The notes beneath the pieces are model-generated. The model did no database searches, was not told where the DNA came from, and was given only the letters and a program-made list of their open reading frames with translations. This document shows positions 1 to 12,906 of a stretch of DNA of 64,000 nt, in pieces. The translations under genes and the position numbers were made by a program. The DNA comes from Chiloscyllium plagiosum (taxonomy: Eukaryota): assembly GCF_004010195.1 (NCBI RefSeq), contig NC_057753.1:2776782-2840781 (forward strand), given 5' to 3'. Every line of letters begins with the position of its first letter. Within the stretch, counting starts at the first letter, position 1.

Positions 1-960
1 CTAACCGTCAATTCCCGGTACCAGTACCTTTTCTGGTAATAGTCCATCAGGAGTATGCACCTCCTCATCTTTCAACATCACAGACTCTGAGGATCCTGTG
101 GCGCTTAATATTGTAATCTCTTTATCTGCAGATCCTGTCCTCTGCGAAACTTCACCTTAGCAGGTATATTTTTAAGAAATTCTGAAACCTCCTCCTTAAA
201 CAGCCTCCGATCATTATTGTATATTCTGAGGCAGCTTTCTAATCTCCACTGTGCTTTCGGTTACCACTCCAACAAAGTTGATTGGGTTATACTCTTATCC
301 TACATACTGGCATTGCAGTGTGTCTCCTAACCCACCAACACAGTGATTGCGTGCGGCCTAATATATTGCAATGTAAACACCAGAGTTTTTTTTCACTTCT
401 TTTTTTCCCTTCAAGGGTTTCCTTTTTACCCTGTGCAAGTTAGCCTTATATATTTCACTGAGATTGAACGTGCCCTTTCCTCAATTTCTATCCCTCGAGG
501 ATTGAAGGTAATTCTGGAAACCAAACTTTGGTTTATTAATCAACTCACAATCATCAGCTATTTCAGCTGCTAATCTTACTGTTTTTACTCTCTGTTCTTC
601 CACATGAGTTCTCCATACCACAGCAATCAAATTTTTGAACTCACACCTGAATGTCAATTTCTGAAGTGCAAACACTCTTCTTCTCTTTCCTCTGCCTTTA
701 ATCGCAAATCATTGCCTTTTGCCTCTAATTCAAGATGCTTCATTTGCAATTGAAATTTAACCATCTCTAAAGGCTTTGATGGCGCTCCTAGCAAATTTAA
801 ATTCTGAACAGTTGCTGTAACTGTCTCTTCTTTCCTCACAGAAGGAGGCAGCTCCAGCTCCATCTTGTTTGCTAATTTCCGCAGCTTGGCCTTAACCATC
901 TTTAATAAACACCCCTAGATTTCTTCTTCTTCCCCAGAAAACTCTTGGTGACTGGAAGAG
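1..960 (-). mobile_element. Decayed Gypsy/Ty3 LTR retrotransposon, gag to aspartic protease region (runs off the window start)
   Basis: Minus-strand translation gives a Gag-like N-terminus (ORF 654-899) and a degenerate CCHC knuckle CLHCNILGRTQSLC (~339-380, His replaced by Arg). It then gives a protease-like segment KEITILSATGSSESVML (~75-125) where ILRDTG is expected. The gag-knuckle-protease order is correct, but the frame is broken by stops and frameshifts. Confidence 0.75.
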
Positions 961-1099
961 CCATTGCTATCCCAAGCATTCTTCAAACAAAGTAAACCAG
1001 CACATGGAAAAAAAGACCCTAACACCTACCACTCGCTGCTTAATTCCAACAACTCCACCTCCAGTTTGGAAGGACAATATAAATTCCGCAAAGTGCCTG

Positions 1100-1798
1100 C
1101 AGTCCACTATGGGATAGGCCAGATGGCTAAAAACATTTCCAGTAGGTAGATATTCGACTTTAAGCGGGTGTACAATGGATATTCCAGGAGAGAATCAGCT
1201 GGTCAGACTACTTCGTGTTAAACAAAACTGCATTTTTTCCAAGATTACTGAATGAAACACAAAAAAACAGAAAACAGAATTCCGAATAGAAATTTAATTT
1301 ATCCGTCAACCCAACAGACTATACTAACTTAATGATGTTGCTACACAATAATTGCAACAATCTCTATAAACATCGCTTGACATAAAATGTAAATTCAAAG
1401 AAAGGCTGACAGGCTTGAGGTTAGAGTGAGAGGAGTGAGAGAGACAGAGAGAGAGAAAGAGGGAGAAAGAGAGTCAGAGAACGAGTGAGGGGGAGAGAGA
1501 GGAAATCCTCGTCGGACATGCTTCCAGCAGCCTTTCTTCACGACACACACACATTGCATTCGACCAGACCATGCAACAGCCGAACTGCGCTGAGAGAACT
1601 GCCCACTGCTTTTTCATGACACAAGTGTGTGTTTTTCTTAACTTTAAAGCCTTCTGTCTGAGGAAGAATCTGTTAGCTGTAAACAAATTGTCTCTAAGCT
1701 CCTTCACCTGAGACATTTCAGAACCAGTGTCGTTTACAGCCTCTCTGAAGCAAAAACCCAAGGACAGCCTAACCTTGATAAAGGACCAGCTTCATTAC
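1100..1798 (-). mobile_element. Probable 5' LTR of the Gypsy element
   Basis: Lies directly upstream of gag on the minus strand and begins TGTAATG on that strand (ttcattaca ending 1798). It is non-coding and contains a GA-rich tract. The inner boundary and PBS were not resolved. Confidence 0.4.
1425..1502. repeat. Imperfect (GA)n-rich microsatellite
   Basis: gagtgagaggagtgagagagacagagagagagaaagagggagaaagagag... Confidence 0.85.
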
Positions 1799-2119
1799 AA
1801 AGTGAACACTTTTTGTCAGTGTTTGAAACTAAATGAAAACGGTTTCTGATTTGTGTTTTGATGCAGAGTTCGTTATACTTTCTTGAATGGTCACATGAAA
1901 TAATGTTTTAAAAGCAGACAATAATATGAAAGCAGTCTGTGTGTAACATGAGGTGGAAGAGGGCGTGCTGCGGTGCGCAATATTTTTCATGTTAAATAAT
2001 TCTATTTTCACATTTAAATATGGCACCCAGAGTGGAATGAAACATTTCAATCCACTCTGGGCACCATGGATGAAAAGACCTGAGGTGGTGAAGACGTTCC
2101 GTTCATTTCCTTTATCATC

Positions 2120-3850
2120 TGCTGTATCTGTATACGAGTTTCTGGGACTCATGAACGAGGACACAAAGATGCGTCTGCACCAGATCACCCGAAGTCTCTC
2201 CATAGTCGCCTTCTCATTTTAACGACCCAAATGCACGACCTTATAATTATCCATGTCGAACTCCATCTGACACTTTTTGCTCCACTCTTCTCACCGCTCT
2301 ATATTCATTCCTAATGTTCTTATTTCCGCATTGCAATTAAGCATCCTGTCTATTTTTGAGTCGTCCGCCACTGTAGCTACTACCTCTATCTCAAGGTTGT
2401 TAATGCAGATTGTAAATAGCTGGAACCCCAGACCGAACCTTGTTGCATCATACAAGTTACATTTGCCATTCAAAAAGCAGATTTATCCTGACTCTCTGTC
2501 TTCTGTCATCAGCCAGTCAACTATCCATGCTAATACATTACTGCTAATCCAACATGATCCAAACTTGTGAATTAATCTTTTTTTCATTTGCATTGCCCAA
2601 TCAAACGCCTTGCAGAAGACCAGATAAATTATACCTGCAGCACCGCCATTGTCCATGTTGCTTGTTAGTTGTTTGAAGAAAACTGACAAAATTAGCCAAG
2701 CATTATTTGCCTCCCTTCATAATGGCAAGTGTCCCGAATTCCTTTTTTCACTATCCTAATATCATGCCGTTCCACCTTCAAAGAGTTTTGGACAAATCCT
2801 CCAGATCCTTTTGCTCAATGGAACTTCTCTTTCTCCATCCCATTTACATTTTTCTTGTCGCCCAAGACATTCAACAGCACTCTTAAATACCTGAACAACT
2901 TTCTGTCTTTTCCAAATGTACCCATCCAGCCCCTCACACAGTCATCTAAGTCATTTATTTTAAAAAATTAATAATTAAGGACTCAGCAGATGCCACTTTC
3001 ATCAACCACTGAAAACTGGCTGCCAATCATTAAAGCAGCCTTCTGTCACCACACTCTGCCTAATGGAAATCAATTAATTTTAAATCAAATCCATCAAATT
3101 ACCCTGTGCGGCATATACGTTTACCTTCTTGATAATTTCCTATGTGAGACCTCATCAACAGTTTTGTTTAAATTTATATTACTAACCTCATTTAAACATT
3201 TCGTCACCTTCTTACGTTTCAATCAAATTCAGTCGGCTTGACCATACTCTGACCAAGCCATGCTGACTGTCCTGATCAATCTTTGCTTCTCCAAGTGGAG
3301 ATAGACGCTGTCCCTCAAAATTATCTGCAGCAATTTCCTGACCACTGGTGTGGGAATCGCTGCTCTGTTGTCCTCTGGCTTATCTCTAAAATCCTTCATA
3401 AGTATTAAGAACACATTAATCTTTCTCCTGTACTCTGCGACCTGCAGAGATTTTGCTTTTAAAATGTCAGTGTTTCTGCAATCTCCTCCCTTGCCTCCGA
3501 CATCAGGCTGTGACACATTACATCTGGACCATGAGATTTATGCACTTTCAAACCCGACAACATTTCTAAAACCTTGCCGTAACTGCTCAATTCGCTCAAG
3601 CACCTCACAGTCTCTCCCAAAAGCTTGCATACCTATGTCCTCATTCTCTTGGTTGAACGACACTCAATAATTGGGCTTCACAGCCCTTCTGCAACAATAA
3701 TTTCCACAGATTCAGCACCATCTGATTTTAGAGATTCTTCCTCATCTTAGCTCTAAAACATCATCCTTTCTCCCCGAGGCTGTGCCTCAGCAGAATCGTC
3801 TCATTTGTTACTGAATATGTTTTTTTTTCAACTCCACTCTTACCAGGCCT
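2120..3850 (-). mobile_element. Old CR1-clade LINE fragments (RT region, at least two pieces)
   Basis: Minus-strand ORFs contain LFTICINNL...VADDSKI (FADD-like), IIYLVFCKAFD and KLLQIILRDSVYLHLEKQRLI. Confidence 0.75.
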
Positions 3851-3856
3851 CTTAGA

Positions 3857-5228
3857 GTGACAACAGTACGAAAGAGTGCTATATCTTCAATCGCGTGGAT
3901 GAAGTGTTGAAGGCATCGTTTCAAGGTTGTAGTATCATTGGAAGATTGGGTTTGAATGTCAGCGATGCCACGTTATTTTCAAAGTTGACATTTCTTTCAC
4001 TTCTCTGCAGTAAATTTCTGTGATTTAATTTGGTAGCCTGATAAGTAAAGGCAATGCAACCATAGACTGTTTCTGGGGTAAAATAACATATATTACTGAA
4101 GAGCGACAACAGTTCGTATTATGGAGAGCAACACAGACGTTTTGGAGTATACAGGAGTGATTTAAAAAAATGTGGACCAGTAAGAGTCGTGTCGAAGAGG
4201 GAGACCAGGAGAGGGAGGTGAAAGCAGAACAATGCTGCATTTGCCAGTCTAAATAGAAGCACAATGTTCCCCAAGCAGTAGTGATAAAGGAGAAATGAGG
4301 GGCCTTAGCAGAGGAGTGCAGAGGTGCTGCGGAACAGAGTAGAATAGAACAGAATACCCTTTATAGTCATATGTACTCCAGTGTAGATGCTATTTTTAAC
4401 ACAGCTTTGAAAAGCTATCACAGTGTCGGCATGATATTGGCACCAGGTTAGGTACAAGTACGGAGGTACAAATCATGGCCACGAAAGAGCATTAGAAAGC
4501 ATTTGCATCATTTTACGGATTTTCTAAAAAGTTATCAATACGATATCGTTAGAGGATTGTTGTTGCAGTCAGGTTAAAAACATCAAATATAAAATGAATT
4601 GCACAAGCTCAGCACAGGACCACAACATGTGGTTTGATTACTCGCACCCGTCCCCAGTTCACAGTGGTCCACACTCCACTGCAAGCTTACAGATCATCCT
4701 GTACAGGCACTCAGCTGCTCCAAGGTAAGTTTGAGGACTGCATCCCCCACATCAGTCTCCATTTGGGAGTCACTGCCCGCGAGCTGCTCCTGGACTCACT
4801 GCCCACGATATGCTCCGGGACTCACTGCTGTGCGCTGCTCCAGGATTCAGAATAACAGTGCAAAAGTGCATATAATTTTCCTATGTATAAAAGACAGAAC
4901 AGACTAGTTCTCTGAAGAATGTTCATGGGAGTCAAAATATTAACTTCGCTTTACCTCCATCGACGCTGAGAGACATGCTGAGTTTCGCCAGCAAATTTTC
5001 TGTCTCTTTCTGAATTCCAGCTTGCACAGCTTTTTTTGCTTTCGGCTAGTGAAAACAGGAAGCTGCCAGCACAGAGATAGGTCATGTCACCCCATCTGCC
5101 GCTTTGAAAGAACTTTATGGATGTTTGCTCTGGAATAATGAATGCACCAACGTAAACACTCAGTCATTAAACAGATCACACCATCACCCTTCGCCCACCT
5201 CCCATCGCCTTATGCAGTCAGTAGTTTC
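3857..5228 (+). repeat. Local duplication unit, copy A (~1.37 kb)
   Basis: Colinear with 7076-8031 and 8032-9137; long near-identical stretches are visible by eye. Confidence 0.95.
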
Positions 5229-5267
5229 TGAAGTTTCTTCATACTCTGAAAGAAATTTCTCTTCATC

Positions 5268-5767
5268 NNNNNNNNNNNNNNNNNNNNNNNNNNNNNNNNN
5301 NNNNNNNNNNNNNNNNNNNNNNNNNNNNNNNNNNNNNNNNNNNNNNNNNNNNNNNNNNNNNNNNNNNNNNNNNNNNNNNNNNNNNNNNNNNNNNNNNNNN
5401 NNNNNNNNNNNNNNNNNNNNNNNNNNNNNNNNNNNNNNNNNNNNNNNNNNNNNNNNNNNNNNNNNNNNNNNNNNNNNNNNNNNNNNNNNNNNNNNNNNNN
5501 NNNNNNNNNNNNNNNNNNNNNNNNNNNNNNNNNNNNNNNNNNNNNNNNNNNNNNNNNNNNNNNNNNNNNNNNNNNNNNNNNNNNNNNNNNNNNNNNNNNN
5601 NNNNNNNNNNNNNNNNNNNNNNNNNNNNNNNNNNNNNNNNNNNNNNNNNNNNNNNNNNNNNNNNNNNNNNNNNNNNNNNNNNNNNNNNNNNNNNNNNNNN
5701 NNNNNNNNNNNNNNNNNNNNNNNNNNNNNNNNNNNNNNNNNNNNNNNNNNNNNNNNNNNNNNNNNNN
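5268..5767. other. Assembly gap (500 N)
   Basis: Run of N. Confidence 1.
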
Positions 5768-6220
5768 TATATCTAAATTCCATCGCGTTAAGTTCCAGAG
5801 TCCTCAAGTGACAAACCCTTCATTCCCGGAATTGGTCCTGCTAACCTTCTCTGAACCCCCATGAAAACTATGATATGGAAACGAAATTTGCTCACATTAC
5901 AAACCCGATCTGACTAGCGCCTCATACAGCCTTAACAGTATATATCAAGACTCGTGCATTCCACCACTCCCAAAATGAATTTTACCATTGCATTGGCCTT
6001 CCTAATTGGCAAGTATAAATGTATATTAACCGAAAAAGTATCCTGACTGAGAACTCACAAGTTCTTTTGTGCTTCAGATTTAGAAAGCCTTTAACAAATA
6101 ATCTGCACCTCCATTCTTCCCACTAAATATGTATAAACTCTCAATTTTCCTTATTGTACTCTATCTGCCTCTTCTTTGCCCACTCGTCTAGCTTGTCCAA
6201 GTCTTTCCCCAGCCTCGACA
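5768..6220 (-). mobile_element. Old CR1 LINE fragment (C-terminal ORF2)
   Basis: The reverse complement resembles the CR1 region from 'W..KWQM' to 'QRRFTR' seen in younger copies in this window. Confidence 0.6.
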
Positions 6221-6221
6221 A

Positions 6222-6536
6222 TGTCCTGCTTAAACATTTCTCCTATTTCATGTGTATGGAAATTTCAGGCGTTTGTTTTGAAACTAGAGGTAAAGCAAAT
6301 ATTATTGACTGGAATTCCGTTGGTTAAGTGAATCTCATTGAGTAGGAATTCCCTGTTCATGTTTCCTGACTTGGGTGAATTAGTATGTCCTGGCTGACAG
6401 ATATAAAGAGGAGTCTCGGGAATTCCCCTCACTCTCGGGATTGGCTCTTAGTTGGCTGGACAGCGTCCAAGTACTGTCCACCTAAAACTGAATGATCACT
6501 TGGTGACAGAATGCGGGGCTCCCTGGAGTTATTTCT
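6222..6536 (+). mobile_element. Probable solo LTR
   Basis: About 315 bp, starts TGT and has an internal TATAAA (~6402). It ends ...cacttggtgacagaatgcggggctccctggagttatttc, resembling a shark LTR 3' end as recalled. The terminal CA is mutated and no TSD was resolved. Confidence 0.4.
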
Positions 6537-7075
6537 AAGTTCACATGGATGGATGTAGGACAGAAGAACAGTTTCTCCTTAAACTGGAGATCAGCAACTT
6601 TGGGTTACATCCATTTATTTAAAAGTAACAGTTGTGTGGGAACGTGTACACGACACTAAGTGAATTGAAAAAGCTAAAATCAGGGAATATTAGAAATACA
6701 ATCGGGAGGGATTGAACGTGTACAGGGAGATCCGAATGGTGTTCATACTCCTCCCTTTCACCACTGCGCCACTCCAGCACACACAAACATTGTTCATGCT
6801 ACTCAAATAAAATATCAGGACGGACATAGTTGCCTAGGTGATAATTTGACTTGTTGCCTCTGTCTGGGTACGTGGCAGCAGCACCTCAACAGTCTCACTG
6901 TCGTGCCTTTTCCCGCCCGCCATGCAGCGTTTATTTGCCTTGTCGCTATTTCAACAAGGATTCAGCATGAACTTGGAGTTTTGATTGGGGACCAGTGATG
7001 GATTTAGTAAATGACAGAACAGGCTTGAGATAATACCCGCTCCTTTGACTATAATTTGTTGCCAGGATGTTAACA

Positions 7076-8031
7076 GTGACAACAGTACTAAAGAATGCTG
7101 TATCTTAAATAGCGTGAATGAAGTGTTGACGGCATCGTTTCAATGTTGTAGTATCATTGGAAGATTGGGTTTGAATGTCAGCGATGCCACGTTATTTTCA
7201 AAGTTGACATTTCTTTCACTTCTCTGCAGTACATTTCTGTGATTTAATTTGGTAGCCTGATAAGTAAAGGCAATGCAACCATAGACTGTTTCTGGGGTAA
7301 AATAACATATATTACTGAAGAGCGACAACAGTTAGTTTTATGGAGAGTAACACAGACGTTTTGGAGTACACAAGAGTGATTTAAAAAAACGTGGACCAGT
7401 AAGAGTAGTGTCTAAGAGGGAGACCAGGAGAGGGAGGTGAAAGCAGAACAATGCTGCATTTGCCAGTCGAAAGAGAAGCACAATGTTCCCCAAGCAGTAG
7501 TGATAAAGGAGTAACGTCACAGAAAGGAGAGGCCTTAGCAGTGGAGTGCAGAGGTGCTGCGGAACAGAGTAGAATAGAACAGAATACCCTTTATAGTCAT
7601 ATGTACTCCATTGTAGCGCTATTTTTAACACAGCTTTGAAAAGCATTCACAGTGTCTGCCTGATATTGGCACCAGGTTAGGTACAAGTACGGAGGTACAA
7701 ATCATGGCCACGAAAGAGCATTAGAAAGTAGTTGCATCATTTCATAGATTTTTTAAAAAGTTATCAATACGACATCGTTAGAGGATTGTTGTTGCAGTCA
7801 GGTTAAAAACATCAAATATAAAATGAATTGCACTAGCTCAGCACAGGGCCACAACATGTGGTCATTGCTCGCACCCGTCCCCAGTTCACAGTGGTCCACA
7901 CTCCACTGCAAGCTTACAGATCATCCTGCACAGGCACTTAGCTGCTCCAAGGTACGTTTGAGGACTGCATCCGCCACGTCAGTCTCCATTTGGTAGTCAC
8001 TGCCCGCGAGCTGCTCCTGGACTCACTGCCC
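7076..8031 (+). repeat. Local duplication unit, copy B (3'-truncated)
   Basis: Matches 3857-4804 and ends at ggactcactgccc. Confidence 0.95.
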
Positions 8032-9137
8032 TATTATGGAGAGCAACACAGACGTTTTGGAGTATACAGGAGTGATTTAAAAAAATGTGGACCAGTAAGA
8101 ATAGTGTCGAAGAGGGAGACCAGGAGAGGGAGGTGAAAGCAGAACAATGCTGCATTTGCCAGTCTAAATAGAAGCACAATGTTCCCCAAGCAGTAGTGAT
8201 AAAGGAGAAATGAGGGGCCTTAGTAGAGGAGTGCAGAGGTGCTGCGGAACAGATAGAATAGAACAGAATACCCTTTATAGTCATATGTACTCCAGGGTAG
8301 ACGCTATTTTTAACACAGCTTTGAAAAGCTATCACAGTGTCGGCCTGATATTGGCACCAGGTTAGGTACAAGTACGGAGGTACAAATCATGGCCACGAAA
8401 GAACATTAGAAAGCATTTGCATCATTTTACGGATTTTTAAAAAAGTTATCAATACGATATCGTTAGAGGATTGTTGTTGCAGTCAGGTTAAAAACATTAA
8501 GTATAAAATGAATTGCACTAGCTCAGCACAGGGCCACAACATGTGGTCATTGCTCGCACCCGTCCCCAGTCCACCGTGGTCCACACTCCACTGCAAGCCT
8601 ACAGATCATCCTGTACAGGCACTCAGCTGCTCCAAGGTACGTTTGAGGACTGCATCCCCCACGTCAGTCTCCATTTGGGAGTCACTGCCCGCGATCTGCT
8701 CCTGGACTCACTGCCCACGAGATGCTCCGGGACTCAATGTCGTGCGCTGCTCCAGGATTCAGAATAACAGTGCAAAAGTGCATATACTTTTCCTATGTAT
8801 AAAAGACTGAACAGACTAGTTCTCTGAAGAATGTTCACGGGAGTCAAAATATTAAGTTCGCTTTACCTCCATCGACGCTACGAGACATGCTGAGTTTCGC
8901 CAGCAAATTTTCTGTCTGTTTCTGAATTCCGGCTTGCACAGATTTTTTTTTTCTTTAGTGAAAACAGGAAGCTGCCAGCACAGAAATAGGTCATGTCACC
9001 CCATCTGCCGCTTTGAAAGAACTTTATGGATGTTTTCTCTGGAATAATGAATGTACCAACGTAAACACTCAGTCATTAAACAGATCACACCATCACCCTT
9101 CGCCCACCTCCGATCGCCTTATGGAGTCAGTAGTTTC
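8032..9137 (+). repeat. Local duplication unit, copy C (5'-truncated)
   Basis: Starts tattatggagagcaacacagacg (same as 4117) and matches copy A through cagtagtttc. Confidence 0.95.
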
Positions 9138-9439
9138 CAAAACCTCACAGGCCTTCAGTTTTCTCTTTCACTCCCTCTACCCGCCTCTAAGTTTGTGCAC
9201 AACCTGTATTCAGGAAATATTTCCAACTCAGATGTGAAACTTCAACTCTCGCTGATTCTGACCGTTGCGCTGTGTGCTTTTGCTGTGTTAATGAAAAAGT
9301 TAAATGTCGTGCTTACACAGGCCAAGGGTATCATCATTCCACGAATGGGACTCGAGATAAGTGGTGGTGTTGGGAGCACAACAAAACTGGAAATTGGCTG
9401 TGCTGGTCGTGTCCTGAAATAAATACTAAGTAAATGGCA

Positions 9440-10085
9440 GTGGTCAGCTACATTGGAATAGATATTTTTAAGAATGATTCATTCTGCATGAGAAATCCCA
9501 AGAGGGATGTCATGCAGAATGATTAAACATGAAGCGGACTGATTCAATGCTGTTGATAAACTTTATGTCGTTTTCGGTAGGCCACACTTGTCATACTGCA
9601 TAAATTGCGGGTCACCACGCGACCAGAAGGATGTGGATGCTTTGGAGAGGCTACCGAAAACATTTAACAGGATGTGGCCTCGTGTGCGGGGGTTTAGCTA
9701 TGCAGTCGGTTGGATAGACTAGGTTTATTTTCAACAGTTGAGGGGCGACCTGATAGAAGTTTATCAAATTGTGAATGGAAAGTGTGATTATTTTTCCCTG
9801 GGTGGCGCAATCAATTACAGACTCTAGGCCCGAAGTTGAAAAGAGTTGCAAAGGAAGTTTTACACAGAAAGGGTGAAGAGTTCCTGGAACGCGCTGCCAG
9901 AGGAAGCGGTGGAAGCAGACACAATAGCAGCATTCAAGAAACATCAGGGCAAAAACGTAAACAGGAAAGGAATAGTGGGATACGGATCCTGTAAATGAAG
10001 ACCATTTTGGTATGGCAAGGCAAAATGTGTCGGCGAGGGCTTGGAAGACTGTAGTGTTTTTCCTGTGCTGCACTCTTCATTGTTC
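9440..10085 (+). mobile_element. Old CR1 LINE 3' fragment
   Basis: Degenerate ...aaggatgtggatgctttggagagg..., ttgaggggcgacctgatagaagtttat and tggaacgcgctgccagaggaag, followed by a 3' UTR-like end. Confidence 0.75.
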
Positions 10086-10679
10086 TTTTTAAAGTGGAAA
10101 CATGTAGGTTTTTTTTTCAATGTATGCAAACTTGTTTATGGACCGCTACAACTAAAACATCGCAAAGTTCATAAAATGGTCACCTGAGCTGTTTTATCAT
10201 GCAGAAAAAGTCTGAAAGAGTTTGGCAGTTATATAAATCAAATGTGCAGAGTTAGAGTTGTACTATTCAAACAGATAATCTGGACAAGATTCTTCATAGG
10301 ACGAAACAGTAAGGATGTTATTCAGGTTTCTATCGACAGATAGTTCTAAACATATAAGCATTTTAATTCGGGGCATTTTTATAAGGCCTAGTTCAGCCAC
10401 ATTCCAAGTTTGTAATTTAGTAAAAACAAAAAGAAGGAAAAGTCTGATTGTACTCTATCTGAACTGTTTAAATAATTGTGCATGTCGGCAAGCGAACAAC
10501 AAAATCGTGTGAAAATGTTAGCTGCATTCCTTGTGCAAATGTTTATAGGCGATGAAAAGAATTAATGCGTTATTAGTAATAAATGTAAACTTAAATGTTC
10601 AAGTAATAAATGATATAAACACGACCACCAAGAAACCATTGACGCAGGAGAAAAGTCGTAAAAGGAGAGGTCACGAATA

Positions 10680-11390
10680 GGAAACATAAGCAATTGATAC
10701 TCAAGTGCAGATGGAAATATTCGAACAGTGAAGAAGATTATCAAAAATTGGAGCAGGACCTTGATCAGTTGGAGAAGTGGGATTAGAAATGGCCAACGGA
10801 GCTCGCAATATCATATGAAGGTAGGAGTTCCATGCTAAATGGTAAGACCTTACGTTGTGTAGTGGAACAGAGTTCAGGCGCACGATTTTTTGAAAGTTGT
10901 GTCACAGTTAGAAAGGGCAGTGAAAGTGATTTTTGGCACAGTGGTCTTGATAATTCAGAGCATTGAGTACAGAACTTGACAAGTTATGTTGCAGTTGTAC
11001 AGGATGTTGATGAGGTCGCATTAGGTTTATTGTGTTCAGTTTTGGTCACCTTGCTATAAGAGCGATAATATTAAACTAGACAGAGTGCAGAAGAAATATC
11101 CAAGGAATTTGATAGGATTCAATGGTCTAGGTTACAGGGAGAGTTGGGAGAAGCTACGTCTGTTTTCTTTCGAGCTTGGAGACTGGGAGGGGTGATCATA
11201 TAAAAGTATGAAAGATCATAAGAGCCTAGAATAGGGTGAATACACTCAGATTTTTTCCCCCGGTTTGGAGAATCGATGACTGGAAGGCAACTGTTAAGGT
11301 TAGGTGGAAATAAATAATAGGGAATCTGGGGCGGGGGGGGGGGGTGCAATCTTTTTACTCAGAAGGTGGTATGCATATGAAACGAGCAAC
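10680..11390 (+). mobile_element. Old CR1 LINE fragment (post-RT region)
   Basis: Similar to 54110-54830, e.g. caggaccttgatcagttgg and gttatgttgcagttgtacagga. Confidence 0.75.
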
Positions 11391-12906
11391 ACAGGATGTA
11401 AGACTCCTCTTTGCTATTTCTCCCTATAACAGTTTTCAAGACCCAATAGGGAAGAGAAGCAAGTGCTATTTTGATGTAAGGAATGTTAATGCTGATGTGA
11501 AGTGTAGTAGGAATATTTTGTTGTTGAATTAAAGGTGTTATATATATTCACCCTGTTATTATTTTTGCTGTCCAAGAGCAATACTCTGTATGCTAGTTTA
11601 AACAGGAGCCCTGAACAGATTCCCCAGGGTGAATTTACATCATGGATAGACATTGATAAATGTTGTAACCTTTATTACCGGTTATTACACAGAGATTTGC
11701 AGACAGGAAACTGAAACCAAGCATCACCTGCAAACTGGACAGAATCACTCCCTCCATATCACTGGACTTTGAAAGTAAGTATTGAGTTCCCGATCATTAT
11801 TCCGTATTACATACAGCTTTTCATTACATTCTCCCCATGTCGCTTCATCAAAATCTTCAATCAGTGTACTTTTTCTCACCAGCATTTTCTCTTTTTATTT
11901 AAGATATCCAGCATGTGTAATTATTTTATTGCAAACGTTGCTCACAGATCTGAGTCCAGAAACATAAACGGTTGAAGTCGGAGATGGCTTACACCATGGC
12001 GTGTGTTAGTTTTGTGTTTAGTCCTTTGACTTCATTTCCTGATTTTATAAATTATTGAATTGTTACAACACATTGTGCCCAAGTTGTCTGTCTGTTAAAA
12101 TACATTGGCTAATAGCACTCCCTACACCTTATTAACAAGGTTACCGCACATTGTGAAATGCTCAGTTAGCTGTGGAGATGTTTCAACGTCTTGACCTACT
12201 GTCGTCCACGTGATGAAGATAGAGAATTACACGGTGTAATGGTGCATTGTAAAGTTGTTTCTACCAACTGTGCAATTATTGTTATGGCTTTGATCCATCT
12301 GCCTGCTTTTAACCTGTACCTCTGCACATCATTTATGTTTGAATAATCTCCAATGCCACCCCGAATGCTTCAGTTAAACCAGCATTCACTGCACGTACAG
12401 CCAGCATATTCCAGACACAAATCAATCTTTGCACATAGTTTTTCTTTCTTACTTCATGTTTGTTCATTTGTTAATTACGTTAAATCTATGACTCATTATT
12501 GATCCTTTTCAAAATTAGAAAGTCTTACTTGTTTTGATTCTGCAGTCGAATCATGTTTTTGATTTATTTTAAGAATGCATTCTGATGAACTATTGTGCTG
12601 ACAGATGAGGTTCTAGTTTATTTACCTAATGATGATAAAGGAACAGTGACGTATGTACAAATCAGCAATAGAAAGTAATGCAATGCTGCAGATCCGTTCA
12701 CAAAAAAAATGTTAAAAACGCTATATTTAACATCGAGCCAAATACTGAGATGTTGGGGCAGGTGCCTCAAATATGCGGCTGAATAACGAGGTATGGAGAA
12801 GTATTTTAGTGGAGGAAAGGGAGGTAGAGACTCAGGGTCGTTTAGAAAGGATATTCCGGATCTTATGTTCATGGTAGCTGATAAAATAAGCACTAATGTT
12901 TCAATA

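Noticed and set aside
4765..4850. CRISPR-like array
   Set aside because: The units are contiguous with no unique spacers, the context is eukaryotic and there are no cas genes.
5104..5811. Long ORFs spanning N runs (also 23390-24157 and 54944-55602)
   Set aside because: Their length comes from translating assembly gaps as X.
11327..11345. G-run as a G-quadruplex element
   Set aside because: A homopolymer expansion within a decayed CR1, with no evidence of function.
11640..11780. Donor-like aa|gtaagt as first exon of a third GPCR copy
   Set aside because: No YYP..GVP-type peptide or ATGCAC start, and no matching exon 2.
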